This document shows, one piece after another, positions 14,544 to 29,072 of a stretch of DNA of 64,000 nt. Within the stretch, counting starts at the first letter, position 1, and every line of letters starts with the position of its first letter. The stretch lies in NCBI RefSeq assembly GCF_009914755.1, contig NC_060945.1; one strand, 5' to 3'. A program made the translations under genes and the position numbers. The notes beneath the pieces are model-generated. The model was not told where the DNA came from, made no database searches, and saw only the letters and a program-made list of their open reading frames with translations. This DNA is from the human T2T-CHM13v2.0 reference genome, Homo sapiens.

Positions 14544-15543
14544 GAGCTTCTGCACGGCAAAGGAAGCTATCATCAGAGTGAACAGGCAACCTACAGTATG
14601 GGAGAAAGTTTTTACAATCGATCCATTTCACAAAGGGCTAATATCCAGAATCTACAAAGAACCTAAACAAATTTACAAGGAAAACAACAAACAACCCCAT
14701 CAAAAAGTGGGCAAAGGATATGACCAGACACTTCTCAAAAGAAGACATTTATGCAGCCAACAGACATATGAAAAAATGCTTATCATCACTGGTTGTTAGA
14801 GAAATGCAAATCAAAACCACCATGAGATACCGTCTCATGCCAGTTAGAATGGCAATCATTAAAAAGTCAGGAAACAACAGATACTAGAGAGGATGTGGAG
14901 AAATAGGAACACTTTTACACTGTTGGTGGGACTGTAAACTAGTTCAACCATTGTGGAAGTCAGTGTGGCGATTCCTCAGGAATCTAGAACTAGAAATACC
15001 ATTTGACCCAGCAATCCCATTACCCAAAGGATTATAAAGCATTCCACTATAAAGACACATGCACATGTATGTATATTGTGGCACTATTCACAACAGCAAA
15101 GACTTGGAAACAACCCAAATGTTCATCAATAATAGACTGGATAAAGAAAATATGGCACATATACTGCATGCAATACTATGCAGCCATAAAAAAGGATGAG
15201 TTCATGTCCTTTGCAGGGACATGGATGAAGCTGGAAACCATCATTCTCAGCAAACTATCGCAAGAACAGAAAACCAAACACAGCGTGTTCTCACTCATAA
15301 GTGGAAGTGGAACAATGAGAACACATGGACATAGGGAGGGGAACGTCACACACCAGGGCCTGTTTGGGGGTGGGGTTGTAGGGGAGGAATAACATAAGGA
15401 GAAATACCCAATGTAGGTGACAGGTTGATGGGTGCAGCGAACCATCATGGCACATGTATACCTATGTAACAAATCTGCACGTTCTGCACATGTACCCCAG
15501 AACTTAAAGTATAATAAGTAAATAAATAAATAAAATAAAATAA
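14544..15543 (+). mobile_element. 5'-truncated L1PA (about L1PA7-8): ORF2 C-terminus, 3' UTR and A-rich tail
   Basis: ORF2 peptides [18 protein letters not shown] and WIKKIWHIY...KKDEFMSFAGTWMKLETIILSKL; 3' end cagaacttaaagtataataa plus (TAAA)n. Confidence 0.96.
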
Positions 15544-15619
15544 TGTAAACATGTTTTGTAAAGCAGAAATATTTCCTGAAATCTGGTTGCCATTTTTATA
15601 GTGTTATGCAAATTCCTGT

Positions 15620-16270
15620 TTACTTTTTAATTTGTTTTACATTTTTTACACATTAAAAAATTATTGATACATAATAATTGTACATTTTCATGGGGTTCAT
15701 GTGATGTTTTGATATGTGCAATGTGTGATGACTAAATTAGGGTATTTTGTACATCCATCCCATCAAAAATTTATTTCTTTGTGTTGGAAACATTTGAAAT
15801 CTTCTAGCTATTTTGAAATATACAATTCATTTTTGTTCTCTATAGTCACTCTGCTGTGTTACTAAACACAGAACATGTTCCTTCTAGCTAACTATATGTT
15901 TGTACTCATTAACCAAACTGTTTTCATCCCTCTCAACCAAACTTCCCAGCCTCTAGTAACTATCATTCTACTCTATATACCTCCATGAGATCAACTTTTT
16001 TATCTCCCACATATGAGTGAGAACATGAGATGATACTTGTCTTTCTGTATCTGCCTTACTTCACCTAACAGTAAACTCTAGTTTCATCCATGTTCCTACA
16101 AATGACAGGATTTTATTCTTTCCTATGGCCGAATAGTATTTCATCATGTTTATATACCATATTTTCTTTATCCATTTATCCACTGATGGACACTTAGGTT
16201 GATGCCATATCTTTACTGCTGTGAACAGTGCTGCAATGAATACAGGGGTGCAGGTATCTCTCTGATATCC
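15620..16270 (-). mobile_element. L1MA-type 3' end (3' UTR plus ORF2 terminus)
   Basis: ttattgatacataataattgtacat...atgggg...ctagctattttgaaatatacaat; the reverse translation gives YQRDTCTPVFIAALFT...WIKKIWYI...GTWMKLE. Confidence 0.9.
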
Positions 16271-16885
16271 TGAGACCAATGAAACAGAATAGAGAACCCA
16301 GAAATAGGCCCAAATACTTATAGCCAATTGATCTTTGACAAAGCAAACACAAGCAAAGTGGAGAAAGGACACCCTATTTAACGAATGGTGCTGGGATAAT
16401 TGGCAAACCACATGAAGGTGAATGAAACTGGATCATTTCTCACCTTGCGCAAAAACCAACTGAAGATGGATGAGGGACTTAAATCTAAGACCTGAAACTA
16501 AAAAATTCTGGAAGATAATGTCAGAAAAACCCTTCAAGACATTGGCTTAGGCAAAGACTTCATGATGAAGAACCTAACAGCAAATGCAACAAAAACAAAG
16601 ATAAATAGGTGAGACTTAAACTGACGACTTGCACAGCAAAAGGAACAGTCAGCAGAGTAAACAGACAACCCACAGAGTGGGAGAAAATCCCACAGTCTAT
16701 ACATCTGACAAAAAACTATAATATCCAGAATCTATAAGAAACTCAAACAAATTAGCAAGAAAAAAAATCGCATCAAAAAGTGGACTAAAGGACATGAATA
16801 GATAATTCTCAAAACAAGATATACAAGTGGCCAAAAAACATATGAAACAATGCTCAACATCACTAATTATTAGGGAAATGCAAAA
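16271..16885 (+). mobile_element. L1 ORF2 fragment (L1PB/L1MA-like), opposite in orientation to the adjacent L1
   Basis: gaccaatgaaacagaatagagaacccagaaata...tggtgctgggataattggc...gacaacccacagagtgggagaaaat...gggaaatgcaaa. Confidence 0.9.
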
Positions 16886-17214
16886 TACATTTTAATTTTC
16901 GGTAAAAAGTTTCGCTTTGTTTTTTTGGATTCTCTTTTCCTTTGAAAACCCCTTATTTTTGTTGGTATTTCAATTTTACATAAACAATTACATGTAACTA
17001 ATATGCATTTTTTACATTTCCTAATGAATCATATATATTTGAATCTGTTAAGATTTTATATTTCAAATATTAGTTACACTATTTTGAGTGACAGATGTTC
17101 AAATTGATAAAATGTAACAATTATGAAAATATTTTATGTTTAATCTCCTCTTTGTAATTTATACAACATTAGAATTATTTGTAAAGACAAAATTGAAAAG
17201 TAAAGAATCTCAGA

Positions 17215-17595
<381 letters not shown>

Positions 17596-17823
17596 TTATA
17601 CTAAGTTGGGAAATTAAAGAAGCTTAGGATGTATTTAGCACGGGCATTATTCCTTTTTAGTAGCATTAAACTGTGTTTTTCTCTTTGCATCTGGTTCATT
17701 AGTTATTCTTTTCACAACTCTGACAATTGCACTTATAGAACTTAAAAGCATCTTCTGCGATCACCTAATCAAACACTCAGAGAAACTTCCTTGTAACTCT
17801 TCTGTGATGTGAGCCTCTTTCTT

Positions 17824-17865
17824 TCTTTCTTTCTTCTTTTTTTTTTTTTTTTGAGATGGAGTCTC
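17824..17865 (-). mobile_element. Extremely 5'-truncated Alu (tail plus last ~13 nt)
   Basis: (CTTT)n-T-run followed by gagatggagtctc, flanked by the direct repeat CTCTTTCTT. Confidence 0.65.
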
Positions 17866-18247
17866 TTTCTTAAGGGGGAAAATGTATCAGTTAATTCTGT
17901 TTTTAAAGGCATTTACTGCTAGAGTACTTTTCTTCCATAGCCAATTTTCCTCTACTCTTCTGTGATAACACGCTTTCCACGTTTCATTTCACCGGTAGAA
18001 CTAGAAAATACCTGAGAAGAATGATGCTACCATTAAGTAACTCTATATGTATAAGGAAAAAGCTACAATGATATCCAGATCTTTCTCTTTTGAAGACTAA
18101 CTAGTACCAATGTTTTTCCTAGCAGAACCTTTATAAACTTTGATGCTCACTAGCGACATGTTCCAAAGCCTATCTGGAAATTGTAATAACAAAATGTACT
18201 ACACCTTTGAGAAATTTTTTGAAGTTTTTTTGTTTTTTTAAAAAAAC

Positions 18248-18273
<26 letters not shown>
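18248..18273. repeat. (TA)n microsatellite
   Basis: Uninterrupted tatatata run. Confidence 0.95.
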
Positions 18274-18278
<5 letters not shown>

Positions 18279-19489
18279 TTTTTGGCATTTCACTTTACAA
18301 AAAAAAGCCAGGCCTTAGCACACGGAAGCAACACAGCAAATGAAAGCCACAAACCACACTCCTTAAGCCTGTATTATCTCTCGGAATGAAATTAAAGGTT
18401 AGAAATAAAGTTTGACATTAGCAGCCCCTCTGGTGGTCTTCATCAGCGGCAGACATTTCCTTTAGGCCTCAAACATACATTGGGTTTAAATTTAAAATGT
18501 ATTTTTCCATATTGGCCCTAAAACCAGTGCTCAGATTAGTGTGGCCTGCTCAGCATGTCGCTATATCTCACTGTGACTGACCGTACGTACCTCATGCTGT
18601 GTGGCTGCCTGATTCTTTTTCCCAAAACTCCTCAGCTGTCTCAGCTAGACTTGATCTCTGCCCTAGCTAGACTCAGAATGTTTACCTGATACTTTCCTTC
18701 TATTATGGTACTTGAGATCTTGATCTTAAGTGACCAAAGATCTGGCAGAATAGAATAATAGATGTAGAAAGACACAAAATAACTCTATGTAAAATAACTG
18801 TGTTCTAAATGAATTAGAAATACCGTGAGATAAGCAAAATGGCAACCAAATGCCAGGGCTCTGGGGACCTGCCATGCAATCCATCTTTATGATCAACAAC
18901 AATTTCCCCAGAATTAGAAAGCCATCTCATTGACAGTTTATTTCGCCTTAAAGTTATTTATTCATATGTAAGGATTCATTGGTACCTTAGAATACACTGG
19001 TACTTTTCTTACCAAGCTTATTACCCTGACTAATCTCAGTAGCACTAACCTGATGCCACTCATACATTAGACTGAATTCATGTATTGAAGAGTCAGGGGT
19101 TATATAAGTACCAGATACAAAGGCAAAGCAAGGCTGTCAATGATTACATAAATAAGTTAGATGAAAAGATACATGTAAGTGAAAACAGACCCTGAAATTG
19201 CAAAACCTTCTTTGTCATGAAACAAACTACTATCCACATTCTCCTGAGTTCTGATCAGAATCAGTGGGTAAAATTAGTAAGTTGAACTAGAGTCTGCAAC
19301 AGATAACTTGCCCTGAAAAGCAAAATATGGGATCTTAGGGCAATAACTCATGTTAAACTCTCCTCTCTGATAATACATTTTATTTCTTAGCCTAGATTTT
19401 TAAGAATTATATTAAATAATTCTTAGATTTTAACCAAAAATAAAATATTGTCTATGGTTTTAAGAATACTTTATCCATAAACATCTATA

Positions 19490-19490
19490 T

Positions 19491-19526
<36 letters not shown>
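19490..19526. repeat. (TG)n microsatellite
   Basis: tgtgtatgtgtgtg... run. Confidence 0.95.
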
Positions 19527-19528
<2 letters not shown>

Positions 19529-19605
19529 GATACAGTTGCTTATATAGGATAGATTGATATAGAAAGATAAAGGTAGGTTGCTAGACAATTAAAAACTGAT
19601 GGATA

Positions 19606-19996
<391 letters not shown>

Positions 19997-21225
19997 TCAT
20001 AAGAAAGGGAATAGACAATCTATTGTAATATTCATCCTATTTGCATAGGAGAATCACAAAATCCAGCTCAAAAAAACATTTAGAAGGAGGAATTAAAAAT
20101 GTCCACTTATGATTAGGTTATAGAAGATCATAGAAAACCATTCATAGAAACAATAAGAAATCATATAATTTTTAAAAATTATATTTTTCTTTAAAATCAT
20201 TATAAGGAGCTGTGGACACAAACAAATGTCAACATGGGAGAAGCCCTTCATAAGTGAACAAGAGACAGGAGACACTTTCATATATGGGACTAATCGCTAA
20301 GGTTGAAAAAAATAGCATATGGAAAAATAGCAATTTTTTAATCAACTCTGGACTAGCATGTTAGAGTTAAATCTGAAAGAACACCAAACACAAAGTTATT
20401 TCTCTTGCACAAGTAATCTCTTTCATGATAACTTTCTGAGTAAGTAGAGGTTAAGGTTAGAAATAAAAAATGGAAAGAGATCTTGTGTTCTTGTAGTTTA
20501 GTGTAATCAGAGATTCACAATGTTGATATCTCATGGTATCACAGTCTCTCAATCTTATCATTTTGCAGCCAACTGTTCTATCATATGTCCTACAATCTAA
20601 CAACCTTAATGTTTAGAAGACTCACATTCTCAGTGTGACAGCCTCAGAGCTTTGTGGATTCCAAACTGACCAAAAGAACAACTCACAGATATAAAGAAAT
20701 AAGCAAAATCAATTTACGATAAATAAAAATGTTAAATAAATAAAGAATAAATGCAAAAATAATGCATGATCAAGAAAAAAGTTGTGAATACAAAATTTTT
20801 TATTCAAGACAATTTCTTAGTGAACAAATATTAAATAAAAAAAATTCAGATGTAAAGCTGCAATAATTTGTTTCCAGCATATCCACATAAGACAGGCTAA
20901 GGAAAGTTATCCAGGTAAGGAAATGTTATACCAGACGGTATAGGATAAAATAAATACCAGGCCGAATAAAAGTGTGGGAATACATAAACATTCATTTTAC
21001 CATGCATCTATCTACCTTTATTTTATTTAAGGAATTATTGGTAGTTTAAAGCAAGATAAAAACAGTATGTTATTTGGTTTATAACATGTAGAATTAGAAT
21101 ATATAACAGTAGAAGCATGAAAAGCAAGCACTACACTCACTGGTTTATGAAGTAGCATAATGCTCTTTGAGAGTGTACATTGATTTGTTAAAGGTGAATA
21201 TTGTAATCTCAAGAGAATCTACAAG

Positions 21226-22727
21226 ATTTTAATGCAGATGAAAATGTTCTATTCTGGAAAATAAAAAAGCTACAAAGAATATTCATTAACAAGAAAGAGA
21301 AGCATACACCAGGACTTAAGGCAGCAAGGAATAGGCTAACTCTAATGTTTTGTGCAAAAGCAGTTTGGGTTTATAAACAGGGCTGCCCTTATCTATAAAG
21401 CTTCTATCCTCAAATCTTTAATAAAATATTAATTCCAGCTGCCAATCTTTTAGTTGTACAACAAGGACTTGACAAAAATATATTTTTTTTCTGTATTGAC
21501 CCCATAGATACTTTGTCCCTGAAGCCAGGAAGTACCTTGTTAGTAAAGCACCGCCTTTTAAAGTTTTTTTGATAGTTGACAATGCTCTTGGCCACCTAGA
21601 ACTCCATGAGTTCAACAGTGAAGATGTCATCATAGTCTACGTGTCCGCAAACACACAGTCTGTGTCTAATTCAGCCTCTAGATTAGAGGGTCATAAGGAA
21701 CTTTTGGGCTCATTACACGTGGTACTCTGTGGAAAGAATTGCCAGTGCTATAGAAGAGAACTCTGATAGAACATTACGAAAGTCTGGAAAGATTACCGCA
21801 TTGAAAATGCCATTGTTACAGAAAAAGCCATGAAATCCATCAAGCCAGATACAATACATTCCTGCTTGAGAAAACTGTGTCCAGAGAGCCAATCAAGGGA
21901 ATCATAAAGTTGTGGCTGTAGCAAAAAAAAAAAGGTAGGAGGTAAAGGGTTTCAAGATATAGATCTTGGAGAAACTCAAGAACTAATAAACACCACACCA
22001 GAGGAATTAACAAAAGATGACTTGATGTAGATAATTGGTTCCAAACCAGTGCCTCAAGATGAAGAAGAAAATGTAGAAGAAGCAGTGCCAAAAAGCAGGT
22101 TGATTTTAGACAATCTGAGAGAAAGATTCTAATTATTCACGACTTCATTTGACTTCTTTTATGACATAGGCCATGCTATGACACAGGTGCTGAAACTAAA
22201 AAAATAAAAATAAAAAATGATGGCACGATTTGTGCCATATGGAAAAAATTTTAGAGAAATGAAAAGTAACTCAGAAATTACAATGCATTTCTGGAAAGTT
22301 ACACTGAGTGTGCCTGCTTCTTCTGCTTTTGCTTTCACCTTCTTCACCTCTTCAGCCTCTGTCACCTCTGACACAGCAGGACCAGCCCCTCCTTTTCTTC
22401 CTCCTTCTCAGCCTACCTAACAAGAAGATGACAAAAGTGAAGACCTTTACAATCATTTATTCACATTTAATGAATATTAAATATATTTTATCTTTCTTAT
22501 GATTTTCTTAATAGCATCTTCTTTTCTGTAGCTTACTTTATTGTAAAAATGCAATGTATAATACATAAAGCATACGAAATGTGTTAATTGGCTGTTTATC
22601 TGTAAAGCTTCTGGTCAACAGTAGGCTATTTGTGGTTAAGATTTTAGGGCGGCAAAAGTTATACAAGAGTGTTCAATAGTGCAGGGCATCAGGGTCCATA
22701 AACTCCACATTGTTCCCGGGCCAACTG
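21226..22727 (+). mobile_element. Tigger2 (pogo/TcMar) DNA transposon, 5'-truncated, with a degenerate transposase
   Basis: Transposase remnants FNADE..LFWK...KEKHTPGLKAARNRLTLMFCA and IVDNALGH; the right terminus ttgttcccgggccaactg resembles the Tigger2 TIR (ttgttcaagggtcaactg). Confidence 0.85.
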
Positions 22728-22849
22728 TGCTTGCAAAGTCTCCATACATTTTTCATTGTTTCAAAGAATACTAAGAAAAGGAAATAGGAAGATGCAATGG
22801 AATAGTATAGGAAAGTGAAAACATGAGAAGTTTGTTGGGTGAAGAATGC

Positions 22850-23620
22850 AGAAGGGCCACTTCAGGCAAAGTAAAACATGTGTGGAAAAGTACAATAATA
22901 AAATAAATTATGTAACTAGCAGCCAGAGAGTAATTTACTAGGACCATATTGTGGTAGTGATGAAGTGTTGGGTAAAGCAGAAAATGAAAACTGAGAACTT
23001 AGTTGGGATCAAATTGTGATAAAGCTTTTATGCCATGCTAAGTTATTTGCAATTCAATCTAAGAACAATAGTAAATTAAAGAAGACAGGTAATTATTATT
23101 GTGGCATATCCAGGGTTTGTTTACAGAATGATTCCAATACGGATGTGTGGGGGAAGTATGATAGATAATAAGGTCTATGAGTAAAATAAATGTAATATTG
23201 ATTGTTAACAGTACAGCATAAAATTCTAATCGGGATGGTGAAAAATGTACTTAGTACGGAAGAGTTAGAGAAGAAAGTGTGTATTTGGAAGAAAATCTAC
23301 AGAAATTTAAGACTGATTACACAAAGAAATGATGAAAATAAAAAAAAATCAATGATGTCTACAAGGCCTCCAGTTTGAAGGTAATGGATTATACCATAGA
23401 TGTGTCACTGAATTCAAGATAAAAGCAAGATCTATGCAGGAGACATGAAGATTTTAGTTCAGGCCATATTTGATTTGCGTTACGTGTGACATGACAATGT
23501 AATAATGTCTGATGTTTTAATATATCTGTTTGGATATTAGAAGGCCTAAAATTTGGGTATAATCAACAAAGCTACGTAACTATATTGGGAAGCATGATAA
23601 TGACTAAGATCACAGAAAAA
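22850..23620 (-). mobile_element. L2 LINE relic
   Basis: gatcaaattgtgataaagcttttatgccatgctaagttatttgcaattcaatctaag and ttagttcaggccatatttgatttg resemble the reverse L2 3' region. Confidence 0.5.
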
Positions 23621-26417
23621 ATGATATTTTTCAGCAAAAAGAGGAGAGAATTTACAAAATATTTTCAAATATTTCAATCATAGTATAACTTTAAGCAAAT
23701 CAGTCATCATAATATATCTTAAGACTTGCAAACAATGCTCATTCTCACCACACCTTCATTTAGGTTAGTATTTCTAAATGTTTTCAGTCATAAATATACT
23801 TAAGAGCAATATCTGAGCACAGGTAATCAAGAGATAATTATTTTTCTATTTTTATATCCATAAATGAAATATTCATGCATATTTTAGATAAAAATTACTT
23901 GAAAAGCCTTGGGAATAGTTTTCTGCTCTCTCTTTTGTAATTAAATATGCAAAACTTGTTTCTCTTGGTCTCTAGAATTCTTTACTCTTTGCCATTTTGT
24001 GACATTTTGAAAATAGTATACCAAATAAAAAGGCATGATCCGCCCTTTAGAAAACAATGGCACAAAATGCATATATTTTCAGGGCTGAACAAATGACTTG
24101 AAATGGATAAAATCTGTTCTAACAGAAACCAATATTTCATAAGTCACAAAACACACTAATCTATTTGCTTTTGAAATGGTTCATTTTTACTGTTTTTAAA
24201 TAAATGCTATTTTTCCTTGGGCATGGTAACTTTGAAATGCAAAATTCTTATGAGTTAACCGCTCTCTGTTTCAAAGACTCAGAGCACATGACAAGCCTCT
24301 CCAATAGAAAATAAATTTTAACTGATGTTTTGCTTTATGATTTAAAGGACATTAATAAGCCAATGCTCATTCAGAAAACATAGAAATTCACAAAGGGCTT
24401 ATTTGTATTTAGAGTAACAATTGGGTTTATTTTAACATTATTTCTCCTCTACATAATGTAGCTCTAATGTAAGTATTCCTTTGGCTTACAAACTGCAACG
24501 TAACTGATTATTGTATTAGGATAAGATGTGACAACGTATGTGAAATACTCAGATATACAAGTTATTTTTATTATTGTCTCAGCTTCCACATTTTGGAAGG
24601 CAGTCAGCCTGGCTAGTGTCAATACCAGTTACAGTGATATTTGATGTAATCTCTTACCTTCCCAACTGTAATGTTCAGACCATAATCCAATTTATTTTGT
24701 GATGTTGCTATAATAGTAAATTGTAGTTTTAGATACAAAACTATTTAGAATGTATTCCATTCTTAACACACACTATATATATATTTTTTATTTCCAAATG
24801 CCTTGAAGTTATTTTGCATGTATCTAGGTTCTAGAGACAATGAAACTAAATATTTGTGAAACACCTAATTATTTAATTTAAAACTGTGCATTAATCATAC
24901 GTGGTTATTTAAGCCATATTTTACAGTTCTAATTAAGGGCAGACTTATGTAGAATTAGTATATTGGTTTCTCACTTCTTGAGGAAAACCATCACTGTATA
25001 TGATTCATAAGGTATTAGCTCTTTGTCTCTCTTTGATTGCATCTTGACTACACAAACAACTGTGACCTCTTCATATAGTGTAGATACCTGGCATGTAATT
25101 CCTGTATAATTCTGTTTTCTCTGTGTTACATTGTAACATGTTTGAGTACATTTTTTGCCCTCAGTTATATAATTCGAATTATATATAAAACTTTCCTAAA
25201 GATATTCCAAAATTGGAAGACTGAGTTATATCTCCAACTTTTTCACAATTACAAGGTTGTATATTGTTCAATTGGACCTTAAGTGAAATGCTATGAATCC
25301 ATACTTGGTAAATTGCTTCATTATTTCTATGTTAGCCATTCTTGAATAAATATGCTAATATTTTGATGGATTTCACTAAACTGGCATTAGTAATTAATTA
25401 ACATCGTATAGGGTTTTTTCCATTTACACAATGTTTTCAAATGAATGAGTAAAAACTCAAAAATAGTTACTAAATATGCTATATTCCAGATAGTATAAAC
25501 TAATTTGACTATCAATCTTATTGTACAGGTAGGTTGGTAAAACATTATTGTTCTACCTAATGGATGGATCTTGAAATATTAAATAGTTGGAATATTTGGA
25601 TAACAATTTATAAATAAATGAAAAGTTCAAGATATATTATCCTAACTCAAGTAATTTTCAAAAAGTAATACTGCAAGAAGTAATATTCTAATTTTAAAAT
25701 ATTGCATTCTACTGATTTTTAAAAGCATACATTTTGTGAAAGAAGTGTTCACTTCTAAATGGAAATCTAATAATTTAAAATGCTATGTGAGCACTACCAT
25801 TGAATGTTTTCAACAGTAAAAACCAAGTAGCTTATCATGCTTAGCATTCTTAATTTATGTTTAATCAAGAAGACATGACCTGTGATTGCAATTTTTCACT
25901 TGAATCCAGAAAACGATTGAGATATATGATTCCAAAAAGTAACATTTATCTTATCAAGAGAATATATATGTATTTATTAGCAGAAAGAAAAACATCTCCC
26001 TCAGCCCACAACCCTGTCAGGATTGTTACATCCATAATTTTAACTATAAGTTTGACTATTTCTTAATATTTCATTCAGATTAACACGTATCTATTTTCTT
26101 TTGGTTTTGAGAGATAAGAATGCAACTGACTTAAATCTTCATTGCTTCTCTCCTACTCCATCCCCAAGTTTGATATTTACATAATTACATGTATTTATTC
26201 TGTTGCATGCCTTTATTATTTATATAAGAATAGTATACAATATGTACTTGTGAATTTTCAACAATGACCTGTTCTAGGAAGGGTAAAGATATTAGTTCTC
26301 ATTCTAATACAATCATACTTCCTCCACTCTTTGTGTATGTTATGTTTTTATATTTAATAGCTATATTCTGCTCTATCTCAATAGCTGTTTTCTGGGTATT
26401 GGTTATCGTTTATACAG

Positions 26418-26817
<400 letters not shown>

Positions 26818-27699
26818 TAAAGGTACATTAGTATAGTATTGGATATCTTAGACTACTCAAAAGAGAATGTTCTTAGCCTTACAAATAATGCCAGATTTCA
26901 CATTCAAGTATTTTTGAAATAGCATTTTTTCTGCCACTGTTTTTCTGCTTTTTTATTCTTTGAAAGAATATTTTGACTTTTTTTTGACCTAGTGTTCTAA
27001 AATTTTACAAAGGAATGTCTACATATAGGTCTAAATGATTTATACATTTGAGTGCTCATTGGTCAATCTTCAAATGTAGGAGGATTTTTAAAATTATTTA
27101 TATATGATTTCTACTTGTATATTTTCAATTTTGTAGGACCCATATTATTTAAATCATTTTCTATGGCTATATAATATACACTTTTTAAAATGGTTTCTTA
27201 TATTTGTTTATAATCATGGGTCTAGTTAGTATTCTAAACATTTCAGCAATTAAAACAAATTTCTCCATGTGTATATATATGCACAGATTTGTAGGGTTTC
27301 GTTTAATTACTGTACTGTTTTTCTTCCTGAATTTGTGCAAATCATTTCGTTTGATTTTTGTCTTACTTTATCAATAAAGCACAGATAAAATAATAATCAT
27401 TCCATAAGTTTCTTGGAAGTCATTAGTAAATTAGTATATACAAAACTCTGAAAGTTTTATAATAGAAATGAAGTCAAATATTTTTGTTGTTACTGTAGTT
27501 CCAAGATTATTAATTATACAAGTTATAATTCTTTTTTATTTCTATTATTATTCTTTTTCCATTCTCTGAAGTTTCCATTTCCCCAGGAGTCCTAGACTCA
27601 GTTGCTCATTATCATGCTCTTTCCTACTGATTTTACTTACAGTTCTCCTCATTCTTAGCTCTCTATGTCTTGAAAAGTTGTTGGAGTTATTATTTTTGG

Positions 27700-29028
27700 T
27701 AGGTACATCTTTTAGTCTTTATGCTTGAGTAGTTAACATATTAAAATTACAGTGTTATAATATTCTGTGATTCTCTATATACATATTATTACTAGTGAGT
27801 TTTCTACCTTTGGATGATTTTTTTATTGCTCATTAATGTCCTTTTCTTTCTAATTGAAGATCTCCTTTCAGCACATATTGTAGGACAGGTCTGGTGTTGA
27901 TGAAATTCCTCAGCTTTTGTTTGGGAAAGTCTTTATTTCTGCTTTATGTGTGAAGGATATTTTTGATGGAGCTACTATTCTAGGGTAAAGGGATTTTTGT
28001 TTTCTTCAGAACTTTTAATATGCCATGCCAAGCTCTCCTGATCTGTAAGATTCCCCTGTAAAGTCTGCTGTAGGGCATATTGGCACTCCCTTGTACGTTG
28101 TTTCTTACCTCTTGCTGCTTTTATGACCCTTTCTTTATCCTTGACCTTTGGGAGTTTGATTATTAAATCTCTTGATATGGTCTTCTTTGGGTTAAATCCA
28201 CTTGGCATTCTATAACCTTCTTGTGATTGAATATTGATTTTTTTTTTAGGTTTGGGAAGATCTCTGTTATTATTCCCTTGAATAAGCTTTCTAGTCCTAT
28301 CTTTTTCTCTACCTCCTTTTTGAGGCCAGTAACTCATATTTGCCCTTTTGATGCAATTTTTAGATCCTGTAAGCATGATTCATTTTTTGTGCCCTTGACT
28401 GTGTATTTTCAAATAACCTGTCTTCAAGCTCACTAATTCTTTCTTCTGTTTGATCAATTCTGCTATTAATAGTCTCATGCACTCTTCAGTATATTAGTTG
28501 CATTTTTCAGCTCCAGAATTTCTGCTTCAATCTTTTTAAGTATTTCAATCTCTTTGTGAAATTGATCTTAATTACTTTTCTGTGTTTTCTTTAATTTCTC
28601 TGAGTTTCCTCAAAAAAGCTATTTTGACTGTTCGTCTGAAAGGTCATATTTCTCTGTTTCTTCAGGACTGGATCCTGGTGCCTTATTTAGTTCATTTGGT
28701 GACGTCATGTTTTCCTGGATGGTCTTGATGTTTGTAGCTCTTCACTGATGTCTGGGCATTGAAAAGTTAGGTATTTATTGTAGCCTTGCAGTCTGGGCTT
28801 CTTTGTACCTGTCCTTCTTGGGAAGTCTTTCCAGGTATTCAAAGGGACTTGGTTGTTACGATATAAGCTATATCTTTTTAAGGGCACCCCAAGTCTTCTG
28901 CTGCAGTTTTTGCAGACTTGTAGAGGTACTGCTGTGGTGGTCTTGGATAAGATCTGAAATAATTATCTGGATTATAATGTACACATTCTTGTTCTTTTCT
29001 CTTACTTTCTCCCAAGCAAATGGAGTCC

Positions 29029-29072
<44 letters not shown>

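Noticed and set aside
25166-25185. Perfect 20-bp palindrome TATATAATTCGAATTATATA
   Set aside because: It is almost all A/T, so one such palindrome in 64 kb of AT-rich DNA is plausible by chance, and there is no associated structure.
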